DNA of 64,000 nt. Origin: Amphiscolops sp. MND2022 (taxonomy: Eukaryota). Position 1 is the stretch's first letter, and the number at the start of each line of letters is the position of its first letter. The DNA lies in the NCBI GenBank assembly GCA_964187785.1, contig OZ076409.1, positions 36,458,001-36,522,000 of the forward strand, in the 5' to 3' direction. The notes under the pieces were generated by a model. That model ran no database searches and was not told where the DNA came from. It saw only the letters and a program-made list of their open reading frames with translations. Both the position numbers and the translations under genes were made by a program. Below, in pieces: positions 61,366-64,000 of the stretch.

Positions 61366-64000
61366 TTATGATACATCAAAATTGCCATGAATATCGTTCA
61401 ATTTGAAAGAAAAATGAAATTCGTAGTTGTCAGATTCGAACCCACGTCTGCTTGGCAAGATGTGAAGAACGTTAAGAAGTTACAAATTCGCTATATCCGA
61501 ATTATATTACGCTATATTAGAAAATGCTATTGGTGTGGTTCTGAGTGGAATTAGAACCCTCCTCCTTCTTCTGAAGCAAATTCCAAACCACTGGGTTAAG
61601 TGGAAATCCAAATAGCAGTAGCAGGTGACTGTTGGGGTTGCATCTTAGGTCACGTTAGCGTCTCGGGAATAGGTAGACTAATAGCACAACCTAATTTCAT
61701 GTAGTTGAGCATGTTACATTTGGTTCAAGTTTGATTTTTTGATTATTAATTTGCCGAAAAGCTCTAGAAGTGAGTTAATCCTTGTTTTAGGCGTTTCTTC
61801 AATGGATGAAAAAGCGAATTGTGTCTAATAACTTTTGATTAACCACAGTTATGTCATTATTATTCCAATTACAGTTTTTTGGTACTCTTTATATTACTTT
61901 CATATGCATGATTTATTTGAAGGGCGCTCTTAAAAGGTCTGATATTTAACATTTTAGGTCAAACAGCCCCTTTCAGTTTCCTCATGTTGTTTGTGCGGTT
62001 GCGTACATTCAGGAGCTACAGCTTATCAGGATACAAAATCAAATTTCTAACTTTCCGACTGGCTGGTGCTTCAATTATTTTCAAAAATTTAGCCCGGAAG
62101 CTGTGATGTATCGTCGTTAGTCGCCAAAAAGCCTCTAAAATTGTTGCTGCAGTACAACATTCAACCGATGACGGCGTTTGTTTTCATTCATTCAGTCTCA
62201 GAAAATTAACTAGAAAACCTGGTAAATTGTTTTCAAATGTAATATTTTAGAATTATTCGGCCAAAACAGCAGACAATTTGGGTTTTCAGGCATTTGGTGC
62301 ATATTTTGGAGTTTGAACTGCAATTAAAAAAAGTTTTTTTATCATAAGTTAGCTGCACACCTGGAACCTCATTAATTTCAGCTTAGCTTGTAACACGAGA
62401 AAAGTTTCTGCCCTTTACACCGTAAGCGTTTGAATTGACATTTATTGCGCAATCTAATCATATATCGCTTCCTATAAAGGCTACAAAAAACTTTGATTTT
62501 TCCAATTGGCAATCTCGTCATTTTTAAATGTTATTTCCCTATGTTTCTCACACGTTACTTCCGTTATTATTGAACGATCGCGGAGCTTGAAAAACTTCCA
62601 AATAAACTTTCATTAAAATGATAATGAAATAAATTGGAGCTTTCTCATTACCAGTATCATTATGCTTGAGAGGTGGAAGATTGTCTCCATGGAAGTATAT
62701 AAATACAAGTTTTGTATTAATCCTGATTCAAGTAAAAACCACTGAAACTGAACATGGAAAGAGCGCTTCAAGATCAGCGCTTCAAGTTTCTGCCCTAGGC
62801 ATGATAGAACTGAAATTTAGACAAAGCACATGGATGTTGCTAATCTAGAACAAGCAGCACATGTTCGGGTTTTTGTTTCTTCCATTTTATAAAATTTGAG
62901 TTCGATGTTTGTCACCGCAGTACTACAGTAATACAGTACTATGATTAAGAACTCGTCTTCTTATGTGCTGAGCGTCGTTATAAACGAATTAAAATGACTT
63001 ATTTGCTGCTCTCACTTTCAGTTTGGATTGAAGCATTAAAAGTGAAATCTCAAGGCGCAAAAAGAACACTTCAGATGTTTTCCCAGTTTTGAGCAGGTTT
63101 TTGATAGAACTGTCTCAAATTTTAGATTCTATGGATTCTGCAGATTGTCTAGAATGCAGTGGTACTTTTGTGTAGTGTATCGTAGATTCAATCTGGGTAT
63201 CAACAATCAAATTCTTTTCGAGATGTTAGTTTGAAATTCACTAGAAAGTGTGGGTAGCACTTGCAAGGTTTATATAAAGTTTGTTAATGGAGTACTCACT
63301 TGCAAGCTGAAGGTCCAGCGCTGTGCCCTTTGGGCTAGTCTGGTCTCTAGTTTCCAGATCAGACATTGAGAACTCTTTTCACTTCTTAAGTTTAAGTAGA
63401 TGCAATCAGCTGGCTATTCTAATGAATAATTAATAACGAATTCAACTGAGAATGAAATTTGAAAAGGCTCTTGTCAATTCCCCAAACGCTGCTGAGTGCT
63501 GCAAAGACTGAATGCTATATCTCATTAAAACTGTTTTTCAAAAACGGATAATCAATTTCTGCAATTTGAAACTGATATACGGTTTTTAAATGGCTGTGAA
63601 AATAATTAGGGCATAAATTCCGGTTGTGGTTGAAAATATAAAGCTTTTTTCTTTCAGACGCGTATCCATTAAGATCCCATTAATTTTGAACGAAGGGTAA
63701 TCGGTGACCGGGTTTTAGACTGCAATCTAAAAACGCCTGTCTTTGGTCTCCAAGGGAATAAATTGGGATCCCACTGGTTGAATTTGGAACTGTTGTGGTT
63801 GCTGTAGAAAGGAATAAAAGGATGGGCTTGTCTCTATTTTCCCTCTTCTTACCAATTGATTCGCATTTCTAGCTATACAACTCGTTAGCTGTCGGAATCT
63901 TTCCCCTCACGCTGCTTTTGAACGATCCAATCGAATTAAAGCAATGTGTTATAAATTTTACTTTCCTGAAATTTTTCCTTTTCCTTCTGATGGTTTCCCC

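Overview
AT-rich, repeat-dense eukaryotic (invertebrate-like) genomic DNA, not a prokaryotic locus. Almost all ORFs in the supplied track are spurious translations of repeats. One host gene is securely recognisable: a spliced SNAPC3 (SNAP50/PTF-beta) gene on the + strand, with six phase-consistent exons from 32217 to 39665. Homology forces its last intron (39182-39547) to use a non-canonical GG donor. A second, unnamed multi-exon gene is likely on the - strand at about 446-5941 and appears to need a GC donor. The rest is dominated by about 20 copies of a non-autonomous Helitron2/Helentron (HINE/DINE-1-like) family. These have asymmetric AGTCGGCGC/GCGCCGACT inverted repeats, covarying terminal hairpins, T-run targets without TSD, central tandem repeats and an internal tRNA-like A/B-box module. 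They nest in one another and show an apparent 3' end-bypass duplication. Also present: a complete but frameshifted hAT transposon (8-bp TSD), a hAT deletion derivative, several MITEs (MULE/foldback-, pogo- and piggyBac-like), decayed CR1/L2-like and RTE-like LINEs, two approximately 170-185 bp satellite arrays, a recent 2.4-kb tandem duplication, and two unrelated loci with back-to-back long palindromes. Helitron2-like copies are oriented 5'-TTAGTCGGCGC...GCGCCGACTT-hairpin-TTGTT-3'. All alignments were made by eye and no database searches were run.
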